Assembly (NCBI GenBank): GCA_965287045.1 | Contig: OZ336880.1 | Coordinates: 4,960,001-5,024,000 of the forward strand | Reading direction: 5' to 3' | Origin: Carcharhinus amblyrhynchos | Lineage: Eukaryota | DNA length: 64,000 nt | Shown: positions 13,077-25,140 of the stretch, piece by piece | How the letters are laid out: each line of letters begins with the position of its first letter | Position numbering within the stretch: position 1 is the stretch's first letter | The notes under the pieces: generated by a model | What the model was told of the DNA's origin: nothing | The model's database searches: none | Seen by the model: the letters and a program-made list of their open reading frames with translations, nothing else | Made by a program: the position numbers and the translations under genes

Positions 13077-13563
13077 GAGCAAAACCAAAAATGGAATGCA
13101 TTTATTGAGAGGCCATCTGGGTTAAACTGTGAAAAAAAAAATTACTATTTCAATAGACTTTATTGTTTAAATTTCTCAAGGTTTGTTGTTGTAGCTGAGC
13201 CCATTATATGGGCTATTGAATTTCAAAAGGTCCAGAACCACTTATGTTAACCAGCATTAGTGTGGATATTTTGATTGACAGTTTTAAGAGGTAATTGAAG
13301 GATGAACTGCCTTTAATGTAATTTAAATGTTTGATAAAAATGTTTTTTTGTTTTTATGACACATTGACCACTTGCGGGAATTTACATTTTTGAATGGGTT
13401 TCATGAATGAACGTATTTTTCAGTATTAAGAACATTTGAGTAAGACCCCTGTTGGATTAGTAAAATTTAGTTTAAAAATTTTCTCCACAGCTCCTGATGA
13501 GTGCCGTTAGCAGACACTGGGTGAATGGCAACGGCGGATACATAGGGAACTTGAAGTGGGTAT

Positions 13564-13588
13564 GGGGGGGGGGGGGGGGGGGGGGGGG
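13564..13588 (+). repeat. Poly-G tract (25 nt)
   Basis: Direct read; lies within a dispersed repeat that ends in a TIR-like ggtgaaaatctagccc (~13858). Confidence 0.95.
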
Positions 13589-15024
13589 TTGGGTGAGGCA
13601 GTGAGAGGGTGTGAGAGCTAGAGGGCCTAAGAGACTTTAATATAACTGGGCCAATACTCCACAGCATGGAGGCAGGCTTTCTAGCCAGCCTACCTTGGCA
13701 CTTGGCCACCTCCATGGTTGTCTCTGAACTGTCCTGAATCCATCCCACCTCCTGCAACATTGAACAAAAACATGGTGGGCCGGTTTAAAGGAGATGAACC
13801 AGCCATGTCAGGAAATGTTGTAACTCGACCTTCTACTTTATTGGTGAAAATCTAGCCCTTTATGTTTTTCACTTCTCAATGTGGAAGTGGGAGATATTTT
13901 TAACCAGCAGCAAAGCATAACTCAGGATTTAAACAATAATCCCTATCACACCAAACTGGAGATTTTGAGTATGAATAGTACTCTCAGTCCTGTATTCATT
14001 ACTCAGGATGCCTTATCTGTTCATTTCACAGGTGTTCCCCGAATATTTCCAGAATTTTTGATTCAGATTTCCGGCATCCAAAGGATTTTGTCTTGTTTGC
14101 CTATCTCACATCATGACCACATCTAGATCTTAGTGAAATGGGGCCAACTACAGCTGATGCTTTTAAACATTATGGAGTCTAAAAAACACAATTGCTGGAG
14201 TGTTTACAAGGTAAATTCAGCTACAACTTCACTTGAAAAGAGTGATATGAAAATTAGGATTGCAGCATTGTAGCTCTGTATCTCAAGCATCCCAGTGGGA
14301 ACATGGGATTGGTTGAGTTCACGCTGGTCTCTGTGACCCATGTTCAATTTCTCAAGCACTTTGATGAATATCTATGGAGGATTGGTGGGTGATAGGAAAT
14401 GGGAATGGGGGGTTGGGTATAAGAGGTATGGAGGTGGGTAAGGAGGTCAGAGGGTGTGAGGGGTGAGGGCTAATGGGCTGAATATCTTTTGGTAGAACTG
14501 GGCCAAAGGCAGGACTTCTAATCAGCCTGTCTTGTCATTTGCCAATTTCCCTGTCTGTCTCTGAACTGCCTCTAGAGGTGACGGACCTGACCCTATCCCA
14601 CCAAAATCTCCCCAGAACAAAAATATGGTGGCCGGAGACCCTTTTAAACAAGGTTGATCATCAACGCAGTATCTGAAAAACGCTGCTTCACATTCTTCAA
14701 CCACAGAGAATTCTCTCTCAGACCAGCAGATTTTACATGTCACAGTTAGTTTACATAGTGCTGTCGTTCTCAATAATCAACTGAGGTGTTTATTTAACAC
14801 ATCCTACTCATCCTTTCTCAGATATGTTATCAATCTTTACCTACCCATATGCATCTCCTGTGACTACGTTACTTTAACGTTTTTTGTGGAAGTCACTCAT
14901 TAAGTTCCATTACTGAAGCTGACACACGACTACCCAATGTCAACGTTAAGTTGAAAGTGAGGTGGTTTCATTGTCTAAACTGTTCTTCATAAATGTGTTT
15001 ATGATTTTATCATAGTACGCATTC

Positions 15025-16072
15025 AAAAACAAAAATAGTTTACGTTTATATAGTGTCTTTAACATGACAAACCATCCCATAAGAGCATTGGAAAATAATG
15101 ATGACACCAAGTCATGTAAGAAAATAAATTTTCCAGTCTCGACTGCTGCAGGTATCATTACGGATTTGATGGATTATTTAAAGGTCCATTGACCTGGAAA
15201 AGAATGTATGGTCTCAGGACAGATGGGACTGGAAAATCCTGCCCAATTGGATGGATGACCAAAAACTTGACCAGAGATAGGTACTAAGGCATATCTTAAA
15301 GGAGAAATGTGAGGTAGGTAGGTGTTGGGACAAAAATCCAGAACTTGGAGTTTAGACAACTGAATGTATGGTCACCTTTGATGGAGCAATTAGAATTAGG
15401 AATACACATGAGAATAGAAATAGAGGGGCACAGGTTTCTTGAAGGGGTCTGAGGCTAGAGGAGATAACAGTGACATGGAGGGGCAAAACCACGGGAGGAT
15501 TTGAATCCAACAATCAGTATCTGAAAGTTAAGTTGCTGTTTGACCGAGATTCAATATAAGCCAACAAGCAAAGGACGTTCAGAAAATGGGGCTTGCTGTG
15601 AGTTAAGACGTTGGTAGCAAAGTTGTGGATGATAGAATGTAGGAGACAAACCAGAAGTGCATTGGAATAATCAAGTCTAGAGATAGGAAAGGCATGGATG
15701 ACAGTGTCAACAACAGACGTGCTGAGACAGGGGTAAATTTGGGTGAGGTTATGTGAAATCAGCAGTCTTAATGATAATTCAAATGTGAAATTGGAAGTTC
15801 ATCTTGAGATTAAATGTGGCAGCATGGTTACAGATGGGCTTAGTCTCAGGCTGTTGCCAGGGAAAGGGATGGAGTCAGCAGCTCAGCAATGGAATTTGCT
15901 AGGCATCAAACAATGGCTTCAGTTTCCCCAATTATTTACTTGGAAAATCATTCTGCACGTCCTATACTAAATGTCACACAAGCAATCTGGTTATTTAGCA
16001 GAAGTGGTGGAGTCAAGAGAGGTGGTGATGAGGTACAGCTGGGTGTTATTAGTTTCCATGTGAAAACTAACA
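15025..16072 (-). mobile_element. Old L2-type LINE 3' portion
   Basis: Tail ttacgtttatatagtgtctttaa and body similar to 24281-25140, 43785-44535 and 61822-63075. Confidence 0.65.
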
Positions 16073-17189
16073 CTGTGGGAGTGATCTTACTGGCTGGTCC
16101 TGCCACTCAACGGGAGGAGTGAGCTGGTAAGATGGCATGAGGGGCGAAAAGTCGGGTTCATGCCCAATTTCCTGCCTCTTGTGATTTTAACAGCCCGGGA
16201 TTTCTGTTTCAATTGTCCAGACTCACTTGTCTTAACTGCCTCACTGCTGAAGGTCCTCATCAGCACGGATCAGGAATGGCCCCCATCGATGGAGACTTGA
16301 CATTTCGGTAAGACCGAAGCCAATGAGGAACCCTAGTAGGTTGGGGAGAGGCAGGACAGGGTCCCTTGGGCATGCCAGCCTGGGCACCAGGCACCGGGCA
16401 GTGCTAAGGAGGTGGGTCTGAGGGGGTGGGGTTTAAGGGTTGTGGGTGGAACCTGAGGAGGGTGGGGCCTAAGGGGAGGGGATGGGGAAGAGCTGCCCAC
16501 TCTGCAACTGGTGATTGGCCGGGGCCAGAGGTGGCAATTCTTAAACTCCCACCCCTGATACCTTCATGTTCCATGTTCTCCTTTTCTCCCATGTGAGGTA
16601 CATTTATATGAATACAATTTGTTGTTATTATGATAGAACATCATTATATAGTACATTATTAGTATACCTCTGGATCCCAACTGGCTTTTGCAACATGATA
16701 AAACCTTTAAACATCATCCTTTTCTTATTTCTTTAAGTGAAACCTCATCTAATGAAGTAGACAAATAGACAACTGGACCTTTAAGGAAAGCTGCTGTCTA
16801 TTTCAGAATTGATTGTATTTTTTGCACTGTGATGCCTCCATAAAATTCTAATTTGACATATTATTTACATTTTACCAGATTGAGTTAAAAACTGATACTT
16901 TCCTTGCTGCCAGGTACAGTTTGCTTTAATCCTTTAATGTAGTGCAACTTCAATTGAGAATCTCAATTAAACTAACTGGAATCAATTGCATTATAATGTC
17001 ACATTAATAGATCATCACACTGCCCTTGATGGTTCTCAAAAGAGTGGGTGGGTTTACGCTCAATTAACACTCACAGCTCCTCATTAGCATACTGGCAGTT
17101 ATAAAATTCACAGCATCTTCTCAGGACGTTAATGAATGTGGAAACTGGACCACTACAAATGGAGTATATAGAATTAAGGCTGCAAGAGA

Positions 17190-19462
17190 ATTCAGTGAGA
17201 TTTTGTGCCCACTGCAAATGGCGAGGTGGGCGCAACATCCCACAAGAGGCCAAAAATGCGAATTTTGCTGGCAAAGTCTTATGATGTGATTGTTCTTGCC
17301 CCCACACCATTGAGGTAGCGAGGTTCCTGCACAAGGTGAGGAACTTAATTTGAATACGTTATAATCTAATTAGTGGGCAGTCCAGCCTCAATGCAATGTC
17401 CAACTGCATCGATTTGGCATCACAGTTTTTAAAAGCGGGGGCCTGTTGACCTGCTCTCCCAGGGAGGTAGCGGAGGTGAGTGCACAGGTTGTCATTATCC
17501 ACCAGAAATCCCAAGAGGCGAGAGAGGGTACTGGAGAGCCAAAGGGATGGGGGCTGGAACCCAGCTAAGGGAGCTGCACTGCATGCAGGGAACAGATTCA
17601 GAGGTGCCACGAGATTGGAGGTGGGGTGGGGGGAAGCCATGCAGTGGGGGCAAGTTGCAGGAATTTGGGAAGTGAAGCAGCAGGTTGTGGGTTGAAAGGT
17701 CAGGTCTCACTGGACTCCGAGTGATTGGGGGTGAGGGGCGGAAGCTGAGACTGTACATCAGGGAGGTCATGTTTGTGAGGGTTCATTACTGCATCAATTT
17801 TGCGAAACCATTGGGGTTTGCCCAGATAGCTGGCTTACCACAAATACAGGGAGCCACTGATTACATGAACATGGATCTCCATTCCCAAAAGCGTCAAGGT
17901 GTTCCCTTCATAAAACACATGGCCTACCACTCCCTGAATGTCCAGACAGTCTGCAATCATACCAAGTGCATCCTGCAAATGTGGCTATTTTCCAAAGGAG
18001 ACCCATGACAACTACATATTTGGTTGCTCTGAGATACCAGAGGTTCAGCCTGGTCCTGAGGTATCTGAGGGAGATACCAGAGGTATCTGAGGGATCTAAT
18101 TGGTTACAGCATTGGCTCCTTGGGGCCAAGGGGTGCTCCTCAGGATGTGGCTGATTACGTCTATGTGAAGGCCACAGAATGCAGCAGAGGCCTGATATAA
18201 TGAGGCTTATGCTGCTAATTGCGCTTTGGCAGGATAGATGATTGTATCCTGAAGATGTGGTTCTGGAGCCTGGACCAGTCAGGTGGAGCTCTCCAGTAAA
18301 ACTCCTAGAGAGTACTGTGCATCGTTATTTTGTGCTGTGTCCTCCAATGGGGTGAGAAGCTGGCAGAGGAGGAAATGTCCACTGATGAAGAGGATATTGA
18401 GGTGGGCGCTGAGAGGGAACCCCTGGAGGAGACAGAACAAGGATATCAGGTGATGGAGGGGAGAGTCTGGGATGCTTTGACAGCCACCCCACTTCACAGA
18501 TGACCAGGACCAGGCAGGACACGGAAGCTCCATCATGGGAGATGGTCCTTCTTCACTGATTGTTGGCAGTGCTATCTCAACCCGGCACTTGCTCCCATCA
18601 TGGGGAATTGTGCAGTTGCCCCTAGTCCAAACAATGCACTTTTTCCCCTTACACCTGCCTCATTCACAGCACTGGAGCAGTCTCGTTCCTTCCCGGCAAG
18701 ATGGAGGGCTCTCTCCTTGAAAGGTTTTCAGTTTGGGCATGCCTCTGCCCATCTTTACTTGTTCTTTTTTATTGTGAGCCAGCTTGTCCTGAAAGGAGAC
18801 AGATGGGGATGGTGTAAACAGGCCACGTGTTGGGTCAGATGGTAAAGATGCCTGGCATGTATTGTTGGTGAATGGGAGCTGTGATGAGGAAAGAAGCTGT
18901 AGGGGATATGAGGAAGCATGTGGGAGGGGGATGATGGGGCCCCACGAGTTGGCAGTGAGTGAGCTCCCAGTGGATGTGTGATGGCTGGGAAAATGGTGAC
19001 AAATAAGAAGATCTGCACAGAGGATGTCATTTATTTTCTTCTTGCACCGAATGCCCATCCTCTTGTGCAGGAAGCTGGTGATTACCAGTGCTGCCACTGC
19101 CTCCTTTGCTATATATCTTGAGGGTATAGAATGTCCCACATCTCCACCTTATCAAGCATTCTGGTAAATGCTCCTTCAGAAAATCTCAGGATAGTCTTCC
19201 TAACAGCCATCCTATTGACTGGACTTGGGACAAGTGCTGGGGAGGCATTTAAGATGGTGCACTCCTGTGATTGCTCAGCTGATGGCAAGGTGGACAGACC
19301 AGAGTCAGCCCACCACAGATATGATGTTGAACTTATGCAAATTTTTTTTTCCCCAAAACTGCCTAAAAATACGGCTCACAACATGCCTATACTGCCAGCA
19401 GGTTACTTACTGCTTTACTCACCTAAAACAACACTTAACTGAAAAAAGGGAAATTTCAGCCC
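17190..19462. mobile_element. Degraded PIF/Harbinger DNA transposon: transposase (+) and Myb/SANT-like ORF (-), convergent
   Basis: Plus strand ~17745-18310: LYIREV, GFAQIAGLPQIQGATD, YHSLNVQTVCNH (HARBI1-like DDE). Minus strand ~19020-19140: EAVAALV...RMGIRCKKKINDI (Myb/SANT-like). Right TIR GGAAATTTCAGCCC; left end degenerate. Confidence 0.8.
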
Positions 19463-19764
19463 AATGTCACTTCCAACTTACATATTAATGGCCGGACCTT
19501 CCAGTCCAGCACACCAGTGAGATTTACTGGTGCCACTGAAGTCAATGGACTTTTGGCTGGCTTGCCGCATCTACCCAGGTGGGACCAGAAAATAATTTAT
19601 ATATAAAGCAATCAGTTTCTTTAAATACATCTGTATCTTTAAACACCCCACGTTTAAAGAGCTAAATAGATCAGTGAATTAATTATTGAATATTTTGTGG
19701 AACATGTCACATGAAATTTTAAATTGCAAACACTTAAAGTTGGAAAGTTAAATTAAAACCTAAT

Positions 19765-19875
19765 GGATAGGATTTTCCACACATGTTTTGTGGTGGTGAA
19801 GGTGGCTATCATTGACAATGGGGCTTCCCATTGAATACGTCCCTCACCAGCGTGAAAGGCCGGAAAGTTCCAGCC
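19765..19875. mobile_element. MITE
   Basis: GGATAGGATTTTCC ... GGAAAGTTCCAGCC imperfect 14-bp TIRs. Confidence 0.5.
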
Positions 19876-19984
19876 GAGATTCTGTCTGTAGAAATTTGTG
19901 TTAAGTTAGTATTGGTGTGTGACTTCTGTGAGAGCTTGGTACTTTCAGGCATTCAGGTGAACATATTCTAAGTTTGACATGAAA

Positions 19985-20955
19985 AAATGGCCAAGGGCCA
20001 TTAAAAGGGTGAAAGAAGGGAAAACAAATTGGAGAATTATCTAGTCAGGAATTTTAAAACAGAATATAAAAGCTTTTACAAATATATAAAAACGGGGAGA
20101 GTTGCTGAAGTAAACATTATCCCAAAAAGGCAGAGACAGGAGAAATTATCATGTGTAATGAGGAAATGGTAGAGACCTTGAACAAATAGTTTGTTTCTTG
20201 TCATCACTGCAGAAGAAAGCAATGACATACCCAAAATAGAGGGTAACAAAAGGAGTTAGAAAGAGAAAATTAATATCAGTAGAGAAAGACTGGAGAAACT
20301 TGCAGGACTAAAATCCGACACATCATCAGAACCTTGGATTTCAAAGAGGTAGCTACATAGGTAAAATTGCGAATTTCCAAAATTCTTGAGACTCTACAAT
20401 GGTTTCAGCAGGTTGAAAATTAGTAAATGTAACTTCACTATTCAAAAAAGGAGTGAGAGAGTATATAGGGAATGACAGATTAGTGAGCCTGACATAATCA
20501 TTGAGGATATGTTGGAATCTCTTATCAAGAAAAGTCTGAACAGTTTGTTTCAAAAATCAAAGTCAACATGGTTTTATGATGGGGAAATTGTCATTTTGGG
20601 TAAGAAAAGCTATGAGTAGTCTGCTGGCAGTATTGGTGGGTTTTTGTGTTGTATTTTTAGGCACATTGAAAAAAAGATTTTGCACAAATCTATTAGAGTT
20701 TTGAGGATGTAACTAGTTAGGTAAATGAAAGGAACCAGTAGATGTGGTAAAGCTGGATTTCCAGAAGGATGAGGAATAACACAAAGGGTTACTACAGAGG
20801 ATAATGGCTCATGGAGTAGTGGGTAATATATTAGCATGGGTAGAAGACTGGGTAACAGAAGGGAAGTAGTGAGTAGGGATAAGTGGGACATTTTCAAGTT
20901 GTCAGCCTGTAATTGGTAAAATGCCACAATGACCAGTGCTGGGGCTACAGTTATT
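19985..20955 (+). mobile_element. Old CR1 LINE ORF2 fragment
   Basis: KSFYKYIK, ETLNK, NVTSLFKKG, QSQHGFM, DFQK and SVLG remnants with frameshifts. Confidence 0.8.
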
Positions 20956-21199
20956 TAGTTTGCATTTGTTTGTGTGTCAGCCATTCCTCTCTTGCCTCTG
21001 ACTCAGTCCCACTTTAAGGTCTAAGCACAAAAAATAAGGCTTGTACTACAACGCATCCCATTCATCAGTAAATGTATACATTCATATATGATATGAATTT
21101 GTCTTTCAGGGCAATTCTATAATTATACAGGAATAAGACTAAATTTAATTTACAAGTACACAAAACTAAGCACCTTGAAAATATAGAGGCTTACTTATT

Positions 21200-23800
21200 T
21201 GACCCTATCTAACTTCTGGTCTGAACTGTGATCACTTCACAACTTTTATTTACCGACAAATCAGGATTTTTGTCAACCTGTTTGTAGTGCATCCATATCC
21301 TCACAGTTCACCAGTATCTTTGACATTACCCACGATGTGACAGGAATATCAGATGCGGTAACATCCTATAACACTGAATTCTCTTTAGTTCTGGTTGAGA
21401 ATTATATGATTGCATAACTTCATATGATCTGGGCTAGTTAGCAGAGATAATTACTTTTGGTATGCCAAGTACGTGGAAAAGAACACCGACTGCATCTGCA
21501 ACCACCACATTTGATGTATTGCATAGCTCGCTTACTGATTCAAAGTTTCCTGAACTAATCTGAACAAGGAAGAATTTATTACCTTGAACTTGAAATAAGT
21601 GTGTGCCTATCTTTGCCCATGAACATGAAGGGGTTCCATTCAGAATTTCTTCTGTTAATCTGGTGATAATTTTGAAACACCCCTCAAGATTTCACCATCT
21701 TCTCAAGATTACTGTCGATTCCTGGCCAGTAAACTGTCTCTCGGCAGGATGTAAAGTACTTTCAGATCCTAAACGCCTTAATATATTTGGGTTAGAGCGT
21801 TAGATAATAAATAGCTTTGACTTTCTGGACTTGCTTCTCTTTAAAAATCACCGCTTGGGATATCCCAAAAGAGTGTAGATGTTTGGTTACTTTCTGTATG
21901 GTGTCAAGTCATCCTTCCACAGTAGCACAAAGGTGGTGGAGCTACACCAATGGGTATGTTAGTACTCACTGCATCCTCCTTTACATACCATATAGCATCT
22001 CTATAGAAGTCATCAATTGCATCAGACCTTTGCAGGTTGAGCAATTTCAAATCTCTATCTAGCTCAGTGCATTCCAACCAGCAACATTCTGTACACCTGG
22101 GCATGGTGCTGACCTCATATATTGTGACAATCTAAATTCTGGCAAATTGAAGTCCTGCCACGGTTGGGTCAACTGTGTCTGCAATATGGAGTACAGAAAA
22201 GAGATAGAGAATCTGGTGAAATGGTGTGATGGCAATAATCTCTCTCTCAATATCAGTAAAACGAAGGAGATAGTCAAGCATAGTGGAGGATATGCCCCTG
22301 TCTACATCAATGGTGATCAAGTGGAAATGGTTGAGAAGTTCAAGTTTCTAGGTGTTCAGATCACCAACAATCTGTCCTGGTTCTTCCACACTGATGCTAT
22401 AGTTAAGAAAGCCCACCAACACCTCTACTTTCTCAGGAGGCTAAGGAAATTTGGCATGTCTGCTATGACTCTTATGAATTTTACAGATGCACCATAGAAA
22501 ACATCCATTCTGGTATGGCTCCTATACTGACAAGATTGCAATAAACTACAAAAAAGTTCTGAACATAGCCCAGTCTATTATGCAAACCGGCCTCCCATCC
22601 ATCGACTCCATCCATACTTCCCACTGCCTCAGAAAAGCAGCTAGCATAATCAACGATCACGCACATTTCGGATATATTCTCTCCCACCTTCTTCCATTGG
22701 GGAAAAGATACAGAAGTCTGAGATCATGTACCAATTGACTCAAGAACAGCTTCTTCCCTGCTGCTATCAGACTTCTGAATGGACCTACCATATATTAAGC
22801 TGATCTTTCTCTACACCCTACCTATGACTGTAGCATTGCATTCTGCACCCTTTCCTTTCCTTCTTCCTTATGTGCTCTATGAATGGTATGATTTTTCTGT
22901 ATAGCACAACAAACATTACTTTTCACTGTATCCCAGTACATGTGACAGTAATGAATCAAATCAAATTAAATTAAATATGAAACAGCTGTGGTATCCATTC
23001 TTACTTCCCTTAGCTTCACTTCCAAGGTTATTGTTCCAATGCACTTGATTGGTGAGTCATTGCAAGCAGACAACCTAATGCTGATTGGTGAATTCCCAAT
23101 TCTCTACAAATATAGCCTTCAAACATATTAGCACTCGCTTCTGTAATGATTTTATCCTCAAGTGAATGGTTACCACTGTTTTGTGGACATATGATTCAAG
23201 TTGAGTAATAGCATCAATATGTTGCTCCAAGTTGACAATATGGAATGCTTGTTCAAATCGTTTTCATATTTCAATTCCTCACATACCTTGTGTACCCTCT
23301 TAAACTCCTACTATGTGCGGGCATAACTTTGACTGCATTTGCCATTGTGTCTTTCAGACTTTTCGTTTGCGCATGACATGTCATCACATTTACATGTATG
23401 CTCTGAGCTTTGCCTCTTGCATTGTCTTGCCCAATGCCATGCATACCATACACATTGCACTGGTTCTGGAAAGTTGGACAATTGTGAATTACATAGGTCA
23501 AGCCATGTTTACAAGGCTCGCTATAATCCTGATACTTACCATACCAGTTGTTGTAACCACCCCAAACACCGGTAACTGTTGGTGCCCAATCATGAAAACT
23601 TCAAACTTCTTTCCATCATAAGTAATGCTTCGATGCTGTACCCTTTCTTCTTCTCTAGCCATCTTTTTGAAGAGTGTGCATTAGGGTAGACACAAAAACT
23701 AGTTCCAAAATCCATTCCAACAGGTCAATATCTAAAAAGTCAGACTTCTGGACTTTGTCTCAGCACCTTGCAACAAACTGGTCAATAATTCATCATGTTG
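21200..23800 (-). mobile_element. Degraded Ty3/Gypsy remnant (gag + integrase) interrupted by a Rex1 LINE
   Basis: Minus strand ETVYWPGIDSNLEKMVKS*, SWAKIGTHLFQVQG and FHVLGIPKVIISAN (integrase, ~21430-21790); probable gag CPAH knuckle ~23320. Outer limits approximate. Confidence 0.65.
22170..22975 (+). mobile_element. Rex1/Babar-type LINE, 5'-truncated
   Basis: EYRKEIENLVKWCDGNNLSLNISKTKEIV...KFLGVQITNNLSW...KKAHQHLYFLRRLRKFG, ending in an (AATCA)n-like tail. Confidence 0.85.
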
Positions 23801-24280
23801 TTGCTAGTGTGTCATCAGCTCCAGCCTACATCTGATTCTAGATCCACAGCATTGTAGTTGACTCTTAACTGCCCTCTGCAATGTCCTAGCAAGCCTCTTA
23901 GTTCATGAGCTCTCAAATAACTCTCAGATTGAGCAGATAATTGTTTGCTTCTCAGGTAATGGGGCATCCACTGTAAATATCTCTCTTATGCTAATCCAAA
24001 TGATACCACACAATTCTTCTCAAGCAAGTTGACATGGCTATAAAGTTCAAGATAGCTGAGATTTGCTTTCATAAAGATTGTGAGTCAGCTTGTTCACCTG
24101 CTTTCTGTATGAACCTGTCAGGTGTATTATACTATTGCTCCCACCAGCAGTACTGTCAGCAGCTAAAGAGCAAAGATTTAAGGTAATGGGCAAACAAAAC
24201 AATGGTAAGGGTCAGGAGAATCTTCTTAGGTAGCAAGTTGAAACGATTTGAAATGCCTGACCTGAAAGAATGGTGGAAGA

Positions 24281-25140
24281 ACAATTACATAAACCTGCAT
24301 TTATATAGCACATTTAACTTTCCAAAGCTCTTCACAGGAGTGTTATAAAACATAATTTGGCATTAGACCACATAAAAATATATTAGGGTAGATGACCAAA
24401 AGCTTGATTGAATTGGTGGGTTTTAAAGAGTGTTTTAAAGGAGGACACGAGTTTGAGAGGCAGAGATGTTTATGAAGAGAATATCAGACTTTCGGGCTTT
24501 GGCAGGAACAGTTGCAATGATGGGTTGATTAAAATCAGGATGCCGCATTTGGAAAGTTGCGATCATCTTGGGTCAGTGGGGCTGGGTGGTGTGGTTTAGG
24601 GCTGGAGGAGATTACAGAAATAAGGAAGGGTGAGGTTGATGGGATTTGAAAATAAGGATGAAAATTTTAAAATCGAGGCATTGCTTAACCAGGATCCAAT
24701 GCAGTTCAGCAAACACAGCTAATAGATGAACAGGAATTGGTGCGAGTGGGACAGCATGGTGGCACAGTGGTTAGCACTGCTGCCTCACGGTGCCAGGGAC
24801 CTGGGTTTGATTCCGGCTTGGGTCACTGCCTGTGCGGATTCTGCACGTTTTCCCCATTACTGCGTGGGTTTCCACCAGGTGCTTCGGTTCCCTCTCACAT
24901 TCCGAAAGATGTGCTGGTTCGATGTATTGACCGTGCCGCATTTTCCCTCATTGTACCCGAGTTTGGGCCAGAGTGTGGCAACTAGGGGATTTTCACAGTA
25001 ACTTCATTGCAGTGTTGATTAAAGCCTACATGTGACAATAATGAATAAACTTAAAAGTTAAACTTAAACTTAAGATACAACAGGCAGAGTTTTAGATGAC
25101 CTTAAGTTTATGGAGGGTGGATGATTGAGAGGTTATGCTT
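24281..25140 (-). mobile_element. Old L2-type LINE 3' portion interrupted by a SINE
   Basis: Tail acctgcatttatatagcacatttaa; the body resumes after the SINE (tggtgcgagt|SINE|taagatacaa..gcagagttttagatga). Confidence 0.7.
24749..25070 (+). mobile_element. tRNA-derived SINE with HE1-like head and alternative 3' tail
   Basis: A box TGGCACAGTGG, B box GGTTTGATTCC, HE1-like core; tail actaggggattttcacagtaacttcattgcagtg...(AAACTT)n. Confidence 0.9.

Noticed and set aside
24749-24830. tRNA genes (also 36146, 48618, 50455, 54379)
   Set aside because: The A/B boxes are SINE heads continuing into SINE bodies; no proper cloverleaf or terminator.
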